DNA from: Candidatus Micrarchaeota archaeon
GTDB taxonomy: Archaea; Micrarchaeota; Micrarchaeia; Micrarchaeales; CABMGC01
DNA: 64,000 nucleotides
Assembly (NCBI GenBank): GCA_021797745.1
Contig: JAJZZD010000004.1
Span: 5,003-69,002, forward strand
Reading direction: 5' to 3'
In this document: positions 54,077 through 64,000 of the stretch, piece after piece
Numbering within the stretch: position 1 is the stretch's first letter
How the letters are laid out: the number at the start of each line of letters is the position of its first letter
Translations under genes and position numbers: made by a program
Notes under the pieces: generated by a model
Told to the model about the DNA's origin: nothing
The model's database searches: none
Seen by the model: the letters and a program-made list of their open reading frames with translations, nothing else

Positions 54077-54667
54077 GTGTTCGTGATAATTTGCGTAGTT
54101 GGACTGCAAGGCTCAGGGAAAAGTAAAGTGGGAGATTTACTTCGGAAAAAAGGTTTTTTCGTCCAAGAAATGGGCGATGTAGTGCGAAACATTATGATGC
54201 AGAGACATTTGGAAATAACAACGGAAAGCCTAAGGAACTTCTCGCAAAAACTTAGGGAAACCGGAGGCCAGAGCGCAGTTGCAAAACAGGCGTTGGACAT
54301 AGTAAAGAGATCGAAATCAAAAAATAAGGCGATAATTGGAGTAAGGTCAATGCACGAACTCGAAATCTTGAAAAAAACGGAGAAAAATATGGCGGTGATT
54401 GCCGTTTACGCGCCTGAAAAAACAAGATTTGAGAGAATAATAAAAAGGGGAAAGAAGGAAGACCCTAAGAACCGGAAGGAATTCAGATGGATCGCTAAGC
54501 GCGAAATGCTTGGCTTCTCAACAAATCTTAAAGAAGTAAAATATGGATTGAAGAAAGTCATGCAAAGCGCAGACTACGTGCTGCTTAACACTGGCAGTCT
54601 TGTAGACCTGAAAAAGAATCTCGATGTGATACTGAAAACAATTAACATGAGTTTAGGCAAAAAGTAA
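54077..54667 (+). CDS. P-loop nucleotide kinase-like protein (dephospho-CoA-kinase-like / UPF0200-type)
   Basis: Walker A VVGLQGSGKS at the N-terminus and an adenylate-kinase-like length. GTG start at 54077. Confidence 0.5.
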   Translation: MFVIICVVGLQGSGKSKVGDLLRKKGFFVQEMGDVVRNIMMQRHLEITTESLRNFSQKLRETGGQSAVAKQALDIVKRSKSKNKAIIGVRSMHELEILKKTEKNMAVIAVYAPEKTRFERIIKRGKKEDPKNRKEFRWIAKREMLGFSTNLKEVKYGLKKVMQSADYVLLNTGSLVDLKKNLDVILKTINMSLGKK

Positions 54668-54897
54668 AGTGTCGTCAGGATGAGTTATGTCTCCGCAGCT
54701 GTGAAATAAAACTGATAGGTACATAAAAAAGAAATGTGGGCATAAAGTATCGAAGGAGAATTTTCACGGAAAGCAGAGGCTTAATGCTGCTTGAAGAAGC
54801 GAATAATCATGTCATAATTTCAGTATGCGCAGTAAAATAGCATATGCCTAAAATGCAGTTGAAGCAGAAAATGGTTGGCAAGATTAATGCGGAACTG

Positions 54898-55941
54898 TTA
54901 TTTTATGATGACTGTCTTTAAAGGCTCAAGGTCACAGAAGTTTGTCGAATATGTGTACGCGCCTGCGTTCGTAAATATTATTTTGTTTCCAATCTTTGCA
55001 TCTTTAAGATAAACGCTGTACCTGAAAATATCCAGCGAATCGGGCGTGCACCCTTTAAGCAGGTATCTTTTGCCGTTCCCGCTTGCGAGCTCTCCTTTTA
55101 CCAGCAGCTTTATGTTGTAGTTTATCGTGTCCATGGCTGAATTGTACACCGAGCAGTTCAGGAACAAGGTATTGCCAGAAATTGCAGTTATCGTCGTATG
55201 CAGTTCTATACACGGCGCCGCTATGAACCTGCCCGGCTCAACAATTAATTTTATTCCACGTTTGTTTGCCCACTTCCTCGCTTCTTTTATTTTATTGAAA
55301 ATATATGGCAGTGTTTCCCCGCTGTAATTCTTGTACGCTACCGGTATTCCTCCGCCTATGTCAATTATATTTATGTTATCAAATGTAGATTCGCTTAGCA
55401 TCTCTTCTAATTCTTCCTTTATCTCCCATTCGCCTATGTTCTCCGTCTTCCTGTGAAAGTGCACGCCAAGCTTATCGATGTATTTGTTCTTGCGCAGTTC
55501 AGGGATTAACACGTTTATGTCGCTCGAGAGCATGCCATATACGTAATGCGTTTCTGTTTTTACAGTATGCTCCTTCATTCTCATTCTGAGAAGAAGGTCT
55601 ATGTGTCTTCTGCGCTTCTCTATGCGCTCCAGAAGAACATCCAGGTCTGGCTTGTTCTCAATTATGAAAGACCGTATTCCCTGGGAAAGAAGTCTGTCAA
55701 CGGCTTCTTTGCTGAGAGCAAGTCCCAGAAACCACACTCTTTTCTTGTCCTTTATGTTTTTCAGTGAATTCACGAAATGCACTGAAAGATTGCAATCAGT
55801 GAGTTTTTCCAGAAGATTTCCCACTAATGGGTTTGTCTTGTAGCTATACGCGACGCGGTCAGCAAGTCCCGAGACTATCTGGTATTGCTTGAGAAGCTTT
55901 GATTTGCTGAGAATGAAGTGCGCTTCCTCTGTTTTTCCCAT
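54898..55941 (-). CDS. PLP-dependent fold-III decarboxylase (Orn/Arg/DAP/carboxyspermidine decarboxylase family)
   Basis: PLP-lysine box AYSYKTNP, LGVHFHRKTEN, DIGGGIPVAY, EPGRFIAAP and CTPDSLD. Substrate is not assignable from sequence. Confidence 0.7.
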   Translation of the reverse strand: MGKTEEAHFILSKSKLLKQYQIVSGLADRVAYSYKTNPLVGNLLEKLTDCNLSVHFVNSLKNIKDKKRVWFLGLALSKEAVDRLLSQGIRSFIIENKPDLDVLLERIEKRRRHIDLLLRMRMKEHTVKTETHYVYGMLSSDINVLIPELRKNKYIDKLGVHFHRKTENIGEWEIKEELEEMLSESTFDNINIIDIGGGIPVAYKNYSGETLPYIFNKIKEARKWANKRGIKLIVEPGRFIAAPCIELHTTITAISGNTLFLNCSVYNSAMDTINYNIKLLVKGELASGNGKRYLLKGCTPDSLDIFRYSVYLKDAKIGNKIIFTNAGAYTYSTNFCDLEPLKTVIIK

Positions 55942-56886
55942 TCAAACTCCTTTTATCAGCTTATTGCCGGCAAGCACGTCAAGGGCCTTGGCCATTGCAA
56001 GAGGGAACGTAATAGTGACATCGCCTATTACTGTGCACACATCAGAAGCATCTTTTATCTTCCCCCAGCTCTTTGCTTCTTCGGTAGTGGCGCCTCCGAC
56101 GCTGCCAGAGGCCTCGTGCGCAGTAGTCATGTAAACTGCATAGTCGCAGCCTCCGTTTAGCAGGCACGCAAGAAGCGCGTGGTGCTTCGAAACGCTGCCG
56201 CCAAGTGCTATGATGCCCTTCCTGTCGTCCTGGTTTGTGTAAAACAAAATATTTCCGAAATCCTTCACTACGTCTATGGTGAAATCACTGTGCTCCTGCT
56301 GGAACATGAATGCGTGAAATCCGAATGCGCCGTCTGTAATCGCCGGGCAGTAGATAGGAACGTTGTTCTTTGCCGCCTGGTACAGAATCGAGTTCTTGTC
56401 CTTGAGCATAAGCCCGATCTCTTTGAGCATGTCTGAAACCGCCCATCTGTGCTGCTTCTTGTACAGTTCCTTGAATATGTGCTGCATCATCCCTTCGAAA
56501 ACTTCGTAGCTCTTGTTGTTTATGAATATGTTTCCTACCCGGTTGGTTCCTGATTCGTGCAGCTCTGTGTCGTCATGTTGAAACGTGCCTATCGGAAACT
56601 TCTCGCCGTGGGCTTTCATTATGTCTTCTTCTATCGAGCCTACAGTGGTTACTATTGCGTCTGCCATTCCGAGGCGTATTACCTGTGCAAAAAAGCCCCT
56701 AAGTCCAGACGTTACCATGTTGGAAGTAAATGTAAGGAAGATTTTGGCGTTGCTTTCCTTCATCTTGACTATTATCCGCGCTGCCTTGTCGAGCTCAACG
56801 CTCTGGAACCCCACAGAGCCGAGGCTGCCGACAAGGTCGCTGGCCTTCATGTTCTTCTTCCATGTGAAATCCTTTACGTAGGTCAC
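55942..56886 (-). CDS. dys: Deoxyhypusine synthase
   Basis: FLTFTSNMVTSGLR..., ...GGSVSKHH..., and the 314-aa length. Its stop abuts the decarboxylase start with zero gap. Confidence 0.85.
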   Translation of the reverse strand: MTYVKDFTWKKNMKASDLVGSLGSVGFQSVELDKAARIIVKMKESNAKIFLTFTSNMVTSGLRGFFAQVIRLGMADAIVTTVGSIEEDIMKAHGEKFPIGTFQHDDTELHESGTNRVGNIFINNKSYEVFEGMMQHIFKELYKKQHRWAVSDMLKEIGLMLKDKNSILYQAAKNNVPIYCPAITDGAFGFHAFMFQQEHSDFTIDVVKDFGNILFYTNQDDRKGIIALGGSVSKHHALLACLLNGGCDYAVYMTTAHEASGSVGGATTEEAKSWGKIKDASDVCTVIGDVTITFPLAMAKALDVLAGNKLIKGV

Positions 56887-56958
56887 TGACTCACTTTATG
56901 TTAATCCGACAGTTTAATTACAGTTCAATTACAGTTCAATTTACTGACTCGAATATTG

Positions 56959-57030
56959 TGGACTCCGCGAGATTCGAACCCGCAACCTCCTGCATGCCAT
57001 GCAGGCGCGCTACCGTTGCGCCAGGAGCCC
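56959..57030 (-). tRNA. tRNA-Ala (GGC)
   Basis: On the minus strand GGGCTCC...GGAGTCC carries the G3:U70 alanine identity pair. Anticodon loop AT-GGC-AT, T arm GCGGG-TTCGAAT-CTCGC. Confidence 0.9.
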
Positions 57031-57097
57031 TTGCGCAGTATAATTACAATTAGAAATGTCTAAATATTTAGCCATGAGCGTGCAGAGGTTTGAGTTT

Positions 57098-57325
57098 TCA
57101 TACGGGAGATATGAAAATAATGTTTCCGCCCCTAAGCAGGATAGTTCCTAGCTTAGTCTGGGCATCTCCGTTCTCCCCGACTTCCTGCGCATCCTCTATT
57201 ACCATGTTCATGTGCATGTCAAAGCTGCCTACCTTGCCCCTGATGCTTACCCCGTTCTTGAGCCTGACGAGCACCTGCTGGCCAAGTGACTTGTTCAACA
57301 GATCGAACGGCCTTTCCTGCTGCAT
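57098..57325 (-). CDS. Sm-like archaeal protein (SmAP/LSm)
   Basis: Sm1/Sm2 pattern: VLVRLKNGVSIRGKVGSFDMHMNMVIEDA...ILLRGGNIIFI. Confidence 0.85.
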   Translation of the reverse strand: MQQERPFDLLNKSLGQQVLVRLKNGVSIRGKVGSFDMHMNMVIEDAQEVGENGDAQTKLGTILLRGGNIIFISPV

Positions 57326-57351
57326 AAAATCAACAATCAATAAGATTAATA

Positions 57352-57367
57352 TTCAAACGCGTTTGAA
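57352..57367. promoter_or_regulatory. Perfect 16-nt palindrome TTCAAACGCGTTTGAA between rpoA'' and the Sm gene
   Basis: Seen directly in the sequence. It could be a hairpin terminator/attenuator or a dimeric regulator site. Confidence 0.3.
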
Positions 57368-57409
57368 CTTAGACTTGATTAATCTCAATAAAACATTGAA
57401 CAAGCACAT

Positions 57410-58489
<1,080 letters not shown>

Positions 58490-58512
58490 TTATTTTTATT
58501 TTTCGCTTTTGT

Positions 58513-61074
58513 TCATTTCTCTTCCTGGAGCTGATGCCGGAGCTGGACCTTGACTGGGTCTATGCCGTCTGTACCGTAAATAGTCTCTATGATGTTGTTG
58601 TTGGCATCTCTTACGCTCAGGTCAGGGAAAACGTAATAGTCCTGCATTGAGTTCATTATCTTCCTGCTTATGTACCCGCTCTTGGCAGGCCCTGTTCCCT
58701 TCTGCACTATTGAAACCCTGGAACCGTTCGCGTGCATTATCGCTTCTATCGGGAGCAGGCCTTCGAGGAAGTTGCTCGTTATGAACCCTCGCGCAACTGC
58801 AGACTTGTCGTTGGGCTTTATGTGCGGCAGAAGCCTATTAGTTTTGTATCCGCGGTTCATCCTCTCGCCTGCGGCAGTTGCTTGCTGACCTAGGAACATG
58901 CTTATCTGCTCAAGATTCAGTTTTCCTCCTCTTGCACCGGAGTTAGCAAGCATGAGCGCTGCGTTGCGCTTGTCTGTATATTGGTTTATTATGTTTGTTG
59001 CCTTGTCTCTCTCTATCTGTAGCTCAGCAAGTATCATGTCTTCGAGCGACTGCTGCGGTGTTCTTCCCATAAGCGTCTCGAGCGTGTTAGCATCGTATTT
59101 GTCTATCAGCTCCTGCGTGTTCTTCTTTGCATTAGATATTATCTTGTCCCTCTCCTCAACTAGTTTTTCGCTTATTATGTAGTCCTTGATGCCGAGCGTG
59201 AAGCCGTACATAGTGCAGAATGCCTGAGTAAGTTTCGCTGAATTGAATATGAAATTTTTAAGCACTTCATTTCCGTATTGCTCTGCTATTTTGGCAAGAA
59301 GCTTGCTCCCGTTCCCCATAGTCACGCTGTCAAGCACTCCTTCTACAAGCGCGCCGTTTTTTACTACTACCTTTCCGTTCTTCGAAGGTATCTCTATCGA
59401 TATTCCCTTCGGTATAAGCATCGAGAATATGCTCTTTCCTGAATACGTACCGTCTTTTTCAGGCTTCGGAAGTTCTATGATGCCAACTGAGCCCAGAAGG
59501 TATTCGGCGTCTATTTTGGTAACGTAAGTGTCTTCAAGGGTAAGCAGGAATGACCCTATTATGCCGTCTTGCTGCGGATTTATCTTGGCCTCGCCATCTC
59601 TGGGCGAAAAGATCTGCTCAGACACCTGCATCAGGTATTTGGCCTCTGCCTGGGCCTCCAAGGTTTGGGGCACGTGAAGGTTCATTTCGTCTCCGTCGAA
59701 GTCTGCGTTGTACGGGTCTGTGGAGCAGCCGTTCATCCTGAACGTCTTGCCCGGAACTACCTTCACGAAATGCGCCATTATGCTTATCCTGTGGAGCGAT
59801 GGCTGCCTGTTGAAAAGCACTATGTCACCGTTCTGAAGCTGCCTCTCGAGAATCTGCAAGGGCGCCAGCGCTTTAATCAGGTCTTCCCTGTTGGCGTCGA
59901 GCACCCTCTTGCGCTTGCCGTCAGAGCCTATCACATTTACTACCATAGGGTATTGAGTAGCCTGCAGAATCTCCTTTGCCTTTTCCAAGTTCCATTCAGT
60001 CACGTAAAATGGCACAGTAAGTTTTTCTGCGACAGACAAAGGAACCCCGACCTCGTCTATGTTCAGGCTCGGGTCCCCGCTAAGCACTGCTCTGGCAGAA
60101 TAGTTCACTCTTTTCCCGCTCAGGTTGTACCTGAAACGGCCCTCTTTTCCCTTGAGCCTCTGCGTGAGCGTCTTCAGTGCTCTTCCGCTCCTGTGCCTGG
60201 CAGGCGGTATGCCGCTGGTTTCGTTGTTGAAATATGTGGTGATGTGGTATTGAAGCAGTTCCCACAGGTCGTCGATTATTATCTGAGGCGCGCCGGCGTT
60301 TATGTTCTGCTCCAGCCTCTGATTTATCCTCATTATGTCTACCAGCTTGTGCGTCAGGTCGTCCTCACTTCTCTCTCCGGTTTCAAGTGTTATAGAAGGC
60401 CTCACGTTGACAGGCGGAACCAGGAGCGTGCTCAGAATTGTCCATTCGGGCCTGCCGCTCTGCGGTTTCATGCCGAGATATCCTAGATCTTCATCGCTTA
60501 CCTTTGACAGCATCTCTCTTATCTCGTCTGGCTTAAGCCTGCGGTCTCCGAGATAATAATAAGTAGGCATCGAAAAACTGAGCTTTTCCTGTATCGCCCC
60601 GCAGTGCGGGCATTTCTTTATGTTCTTTATTTTCTTCACTGCCTTCTTGTCAGCCTCTTTGTTCTGCGGCATAGGCAGCTGCGTCAGCTCTTCCACTGCT
60701 GCGTCGCTCTCTACTTTTTTCTTAAGCGCCTCGGTCTGCTCCTTGCTCAGAAGTATTTTGTGGCATTTCTGGCACGTCGACTGAAGAACCATATAAATTA
60801 TTTTCGAGAACTCAGAATGTATGACAGGCCTCACAAGGTCTATGTGTCCGAAATGGCCCTGGCATACCTTGGCCCTTCCCGCGCATGTTTTGCATACAAG
60901 CCCGGGGTCAATCACGCCAAGCCTCTGGTCCAGAAGACCGCCGTCTATAGGATAGCCGTCTTCATTGTAAGTGTCAGGAACAGTGAGCTTAGCTACACTG
61001 AGTGATTTCACCTGCTCTGGCGAAAATATTCCGAATTTTACGTATTGCAATGCTTCAGTCTGCAAATTTTTCAC
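58513..61074 (-). CDS. rpoA1: RNA polymerase subunit A'
   Basis: Zinc motifs CKTCAGRAKVCQGHFGH and the catalytic NADFDGDEMN. The start overlaps the rpoB' stop by 4 nt. Confidence 0.95.
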   Translation of the reverse strand: MKNLQTEALQYVKFGIFSPEQVKSLSVAKLTVPDTYNEDGYPIDGGLLDQRLGVIDPGLVCKTCAGRAKVCQGHFGHIDLVRPVIHSEFSKIIYMVLQSTCQKCHKILLSKEQTEALKKKVESDAAVEELTQLPMPQNKEADKKAVKKIKNIKKCPHCGAIQEKLSFSMPTYYYLGDRRLKPDEIREMLSKVSDEDLGYLGMKPQSGRPEWTILSTLLVPPVNVRPSITLETGERSEDDLTHKLVDIMRINQRLEQNINAGAPQIIIDDLWELLQYHITTYFNNETSGIPPARHRSGRALKTLTQRLKGKEGRFRYNLSGKRVNYSARAVLSGDPSLNIDEVGVPLSVAEKLTVPFYVTEWNLEKAKEILQATQYPMVVNVIGSDGKRKRVLDANREDLIKALAPLQILERQLQNGDIVLFNRQPSLHRISIMAHFVKVVPGKTFRMNGCSTDPYNADFDGDEMNLHVPQTLEAQAEAKYLMQVSEQIFSPRDGEAKINPQQDGIIGSFLLTLEDTYVTKIDAEYLLGSVGIIELPKPEKDGTYSGKSIFSMLIPKGISIEIPSKNGKVVVKNGALVEGVLDSVTMGNGSKLLAKIAEQYGNEVLKNFIFNSAKLTQAFCTMYGFTLGIKDYIISEKLVEERDKIISNAKKNTQELIDKYDANTLETLMGRTPQQSLEDMILAELQIERDKATNIINQYTDKRNAALMLANSGARGGKLNLEQISMFLGQQATAAGERMNRGYKTNRLLPHIKPNDKSAVARGFITSNFLEGLLPIEAIMHANGSRVSIVQKGTGPAKSGYISRKIMNSMQDYYVFPDLSVRDANNNIIETIYGTDGIDPVKVQLRHQLQEEK

Positions 61075-62909
61075 CTTGAAATGCTAATGCTCGGGTCGAT
61101 GTGCAGCGACTTTATCTCATCGAGCAGCAGCTTGAACGCGTAGCTTATCTCCATTGTCACTGACTTGTTGCTGTGGCAGATAGGACATATTGATATATGC
61201 TTCGCGTAATCGTAATATGCAGTTGAACCGCATTCTGTGCAGATGTATACCTGCGCCTTATCGCTCTGGTCCAGCATCCTCTCCTTGAGCAGGAGCGATG
61301 CGCCGTATGCTACAAGCACATCTCGTTCCATCTCTCCGAATCTCAGACCGCCCTGCCTTGCTTTTCCTTCTGTAGGTTGGTGAGTAAGTATCTGCACAGA
61401 ACCCCTGCTTCTTACCTGCAAGAGGTTGCTTGACATGCGGTAAAGCTTCATGTAATAGGCTATGCCTGTGAACAACTTTGCTTTGAAAGGCCTTCCTGTT
61501 ATGCCATCGTAGAGCGTCTCTTCGCCGTATTTGTCGTAGCCGTGCGAGTCAAGCACTTTCTCATATTCTTCCATTCTTTTCCTGCCGCTTGCTGCGAAAG
61601 GCGTGCCGTCTGCCCTTATGCCTGTCAATCCTACTGCCTTCGCTCCAAGCATTTCCAGCAAATGACCCTGAGTCATCCTGCTAGGTGTTCCTTCAGGGTT
61701 GAACAAAAGGTCGGGTATTATTCCAGATTCTGTAAAAGGCATGTCTTCTTCGGGAACTATTAATGCAATTACCCCTTTCTGTCCGTGTCTACTCGCGAAC
61801 TTGTCGCCTACTTCAGGTATTTTCAGGCTTCTGATCCTGACCTTAACTACCCTTGTTGCCCCAGTGGTCTCTGTGAATATGGCAGAGTCGACCACTCCTT
61901 TGTCGCCTGCCTTGAGAACGCTTGAATCATCCCTGGTTTTTGCCTCTATGCCTCCTGCTCCGAGGTTTTCTTCCAGGAATCTCGGGGGCGCGGTCTTTCC
62001 TATCAGGACGTCGCCCTCTTCAACTTCGAATTCTGGCTCTATGACTCCATCCTCGCCCAATTTGGAATAAGCATGCTCTCCCAGGTATCCCTCTGAAGTT
62101 GCCGCTGGTATCTTGAAAATGTCCTTCTGTCCCCCGGCATATCTCCTTTCTTCGTCAGTGTATGTTTTGTAGAACATGCTCCTGCCAAGCCCCCTATCTA
62201 CAGCCGCTTTGTTTACCACTATTGCATCTAGCATGTTGTAGCCGTAGTATGTGGTTGAAGCTACTATGAAATTCTGCCCTGACGCGCGCTTTGCCATGCC
62301 TGCACTTTCATACGCTGTTGTAGTTATCATGGGTTTTTGCGGATAGAACAGCAGATGTGCACGTGAATCGTATCTCACATTGAAGTTTGACGCATAAAGC
62401 CCTTGCGCCTGCTTAAGATAGTTCGCAGTTGTAAGCACCCTCGGGCCTGCGTTATTCTCAGGGAACGGCGACGAGTTTACCGAGAATCCATATATGCCTG
62501 CCGGGTCAATCTCAAGATGCGTGGTCTTGTCAGTTATGTCGTTTTCAGTGAAAGCCACGAGCGCGTTTTCTTCTTCCTCTGCATCGAGGAATTCCACTAT
62601 GCCATTTCTCGTGAGATAGTTGAAGTCTATTTCCTTCTTTTCCAGTCTGTCCTGAATCTCCTTCGTGAACTTAGATTTCGAATTCTCTACAATTATGTAT
62701 GGCTTCCTTACCCTACCCCTGTCAGCGTTTATGTGTATTTCGTTAAGCTTGGCGTCGTATGATATGTTAACTTCGCCGGATATGACTCCGTTTCTGCGTC
62801 CCTGCCTTATCTCGTTGGCGAATGCTTCTGGTTCGCTGATATGACCTATAATCCTGCCGTTGAGAAGGACGTACACTTTCTCCTGCGCTTTTGCGCCTGA
62901 CTTAGCCAT
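61071..62909 (-). CDS. rpoB1: RNA polymerase subunit B' (C-terminal part of split B)
   Basis: GDKFASRHGQKGV, LRFGEMERD and the C-terminal zinc ribbon CTECGS...CPICHS. Confidence 0.95.
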   Translation of the reverse strand: MAKSGAKAQEKVYVLLNGRIIGHISEPEAFANEIRQGRRNGVISGEVNISYDAKLNEIHINADRGRVRKPYIIVENSKSKFTKEIQDRLEKKEIDFNYLTRNGIVEFLDAEEEENALVAFTENDITDKTTHLEIDPAGIYGFSVNSSPFPENNAGPRVLTTANYLKQAQGLYASNFNVRYDSRAHLLFYPQKPMITTTAYESAGMAKRASGQNFIVASTTYYGYNMLDAIVVNKAAVDRGLGRSMFYKTYTDEERRYAGGQKDIFKIPAATSEGYLGEHAYSKLGEDGVIEPEFEVEEGDVLIGKTAPPRFLEENLGAGGIEAKTRDDSSVLKAGDKGVVDSAIFTETTGATRVVKVRIRSLKIPEVGDKFASRHGQKGVIALIVPEEDMPFTESGIIPDLLFNPEGTPSRMTQGHLLEMLGAKAVGLTGIRADGTPFAASGRKRMEEYEKVLDSHGYDKYGEETLYDGITGRPFKAKLFTGIAYYMKLYRMSSNLLQVRSRGSVQILTHQPTEGKARQGGLRFGEMERDVLVAYGASLLLKERMLDQSDKAQVYICTECGSTAYYDYAKHISICPICHSNKSVTMEISYAFKLLLDEIKSLHIDPSISISR

Positions 62910-63006
62910 TTTTTCACTTTTATTTTTTTTCTTTCGTTGCCGTTTTTTCCCAGCTTAATTTAACCCTTAACCCAGTTTAATTTTATTTAATCTTGTTCTC
63001 TATTTC

Positions 63007-64000
63007 TCATTTTTTCTCATTTTTCTTTTCTTCGTCTTCCTTGTCACCGGTATCCAGCTTACTCACGTCATTTATCTGCTTCTTTATGAAATCCTCGTCT
63101 GCGCCCACGCTGACCTTAGCCATAAGCGCAAGGTACTTAGTCAAACCTGCTTCAGGCCCTTCGGGGGTTTCAGCTATGCATATCTTCCCCCACTGCGTGC
63201 CGTGCACTTCGCGCGCTGCGAAGTGCGGGTGCTTCTTTGCCAGCGGCGATTTGATCCTGCGCAGGTGCGATACCGAGCTTAGCTGGTTGTAGCGGTCAAG
63301 AACCTGCGAAACGCCCGTCTGGCCTGCGACCCACGTGCCGGTGCCCATTGCATATGAGATTTTTTCGGTTATAGTGTCTGAGCTTATTATTGTAGGTATG
63401 TTGAGCTTCCTTCCCCTTGCGCTTGAACGTTCTATCTGGTATTTGACGTCTTTCACGAAAAACCTGAACGCATAGGCGAAAAGTTCTGACATGAGCTGCC
63501 CTGCGAACTTTACCCTTTTGTTTGCGTAATGGTCTTTGTCATCTTCCTTTGCTAGCTTGTTTCCCACAAGGCTCGCGCGCTTTGCCATCTGAATGAGATA
63601 GTTTGCTTTCTCTACGCGGTCTTTCTTTTCTGTGCCAAGGTGAGGAAGCAGGTATGTGTCAAGCTGCGACTCCGCGCGCTTGAGCTGGTATTCAGGCGCC
63701 TGACCAGGCGCTGAGCTTTTGCCGAACTCCTTGAGCGCATCACTCGTCGATATGTCCTTTGACGGGCTCATTTCTATGTTTAGCATCATGTCGTTCTTGA
63801 ATGAAAGCGACCCTTCTGTCGAAGCCATGAGGTCGCTGGACTGAAGCCCAAGAGCGCGTGTGATCATGACTAGGTCTATGCCATTGTGAAGAGTTGGGAA
63901 TTCGACTGCGAAGATGCCGTGCTGGTTTCTCGAAACCACTGTCCTGACCCTAGGAAGCCCTGGAGCGGTAGAGAATACCTGGCTCACCACCATATTGCCC
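63007..64000 (-). CDS. rpoB2: RNA polymerase subunit B'' (N-terminal part of split B), 5'-truncated by the window edge
   Basis: ...YAMGTGTWVAGQTGVSQVLDRYNQLSSVSHLRRIKSP...REVHGTQWGKICIAETPEGPEAGL. The reading frame is open to the window end. The C-terminal tail is acidic and Lys-rich. Confidence 0.9.
   Translation of the reverse strand, partial: GNMVVSQVFSTAPGLPRVRTVVSRNQHGIFAVEFPTLHNGIDLVMITRALGLQSSDLMASTEGSLSFKNDMMLNIEMSPSKDISTSDALKEFGKSSAPGQAPEYQLKRAESQLDTYLLPHLGTEKKDRVEKANYLIQMAKRASLVGNKLAKEDDKDHYANKRVKFAGQLMSELFAYAFRFFVKDVKYQIERSSARGRKLNIPTIISSDTITEKISYAMGTGTWVAGQTGVSQVLDRYNQLSSVSHLRRIKSPLAKKHPHFAAREVHGTQWGKICIAETPEGPEAGLTKYLALMAKVSVGADEDFIKKQINDVSKLDTGDKEDEEKKNEKK

Overview
This is an archaeal chromosomal window, mostly housekeeping genes on both strands. 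The archaeal call rests on split RNA polymerase genes (rpoB''/rpoB'/rpoA'/rpoA''), RpoD/RpoN, MCM, eukaryote-type r-proteins (S26e, L18e), an Sm protein, deoxyhypusine synthase and intron-containing tRNAs. I support about 55 protein genes. These include four aminoacyl-tRNA synthetases (Asp, Val, Lys class II, Met), PolX, glutamate dehydrogenase, an aquaporin and an HTH-grpE-dnaK-dnaJ operon. There are six tRNAs: Asn, Lys, Ser with intron, Leu with intron, Ala, and an aberrant Pro-like gene. A lone 23S rRNA has no adjacent 16S or 5S. I found no CRISPR array and no recognisable defence system. The accessory-looking part is a cell-envelope region at about 26.1-35.6 kb. It holds a uppS / unknown large membrane protein / polyprenol-kinase-like gene string, two sequon-dense surface proteins sharing a roughly 195-aa C-terminal domain, a decayed IS200/IS605-like element between them, and an HExxH membrane protein. 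A 1035-aa surface protein with a Kelch-like C-terminus lies at 49.3-52.4 kb. Other points worth a second look:
- The conserved tRNA-Ser/S13/S4/S11 | RpoD/tRNA-Leu/L18e/L13/S9/RpoN/tRNA-Pro/S2 cluster is split in a way a single ~23 kb inversion would explain.
- The 23S peptidyl-transferase region looks divergent.
- Several r-proteins carry low-complexity extensions.
- The Pro-like tRNA has a ~29-nt insertion in its T arm.
- A 122-nt structured element lies at 214-335.
- A 41-codon very basic ORF is absent from the ORF track.
All functional calls come from motifs read by eye. No database search was run.
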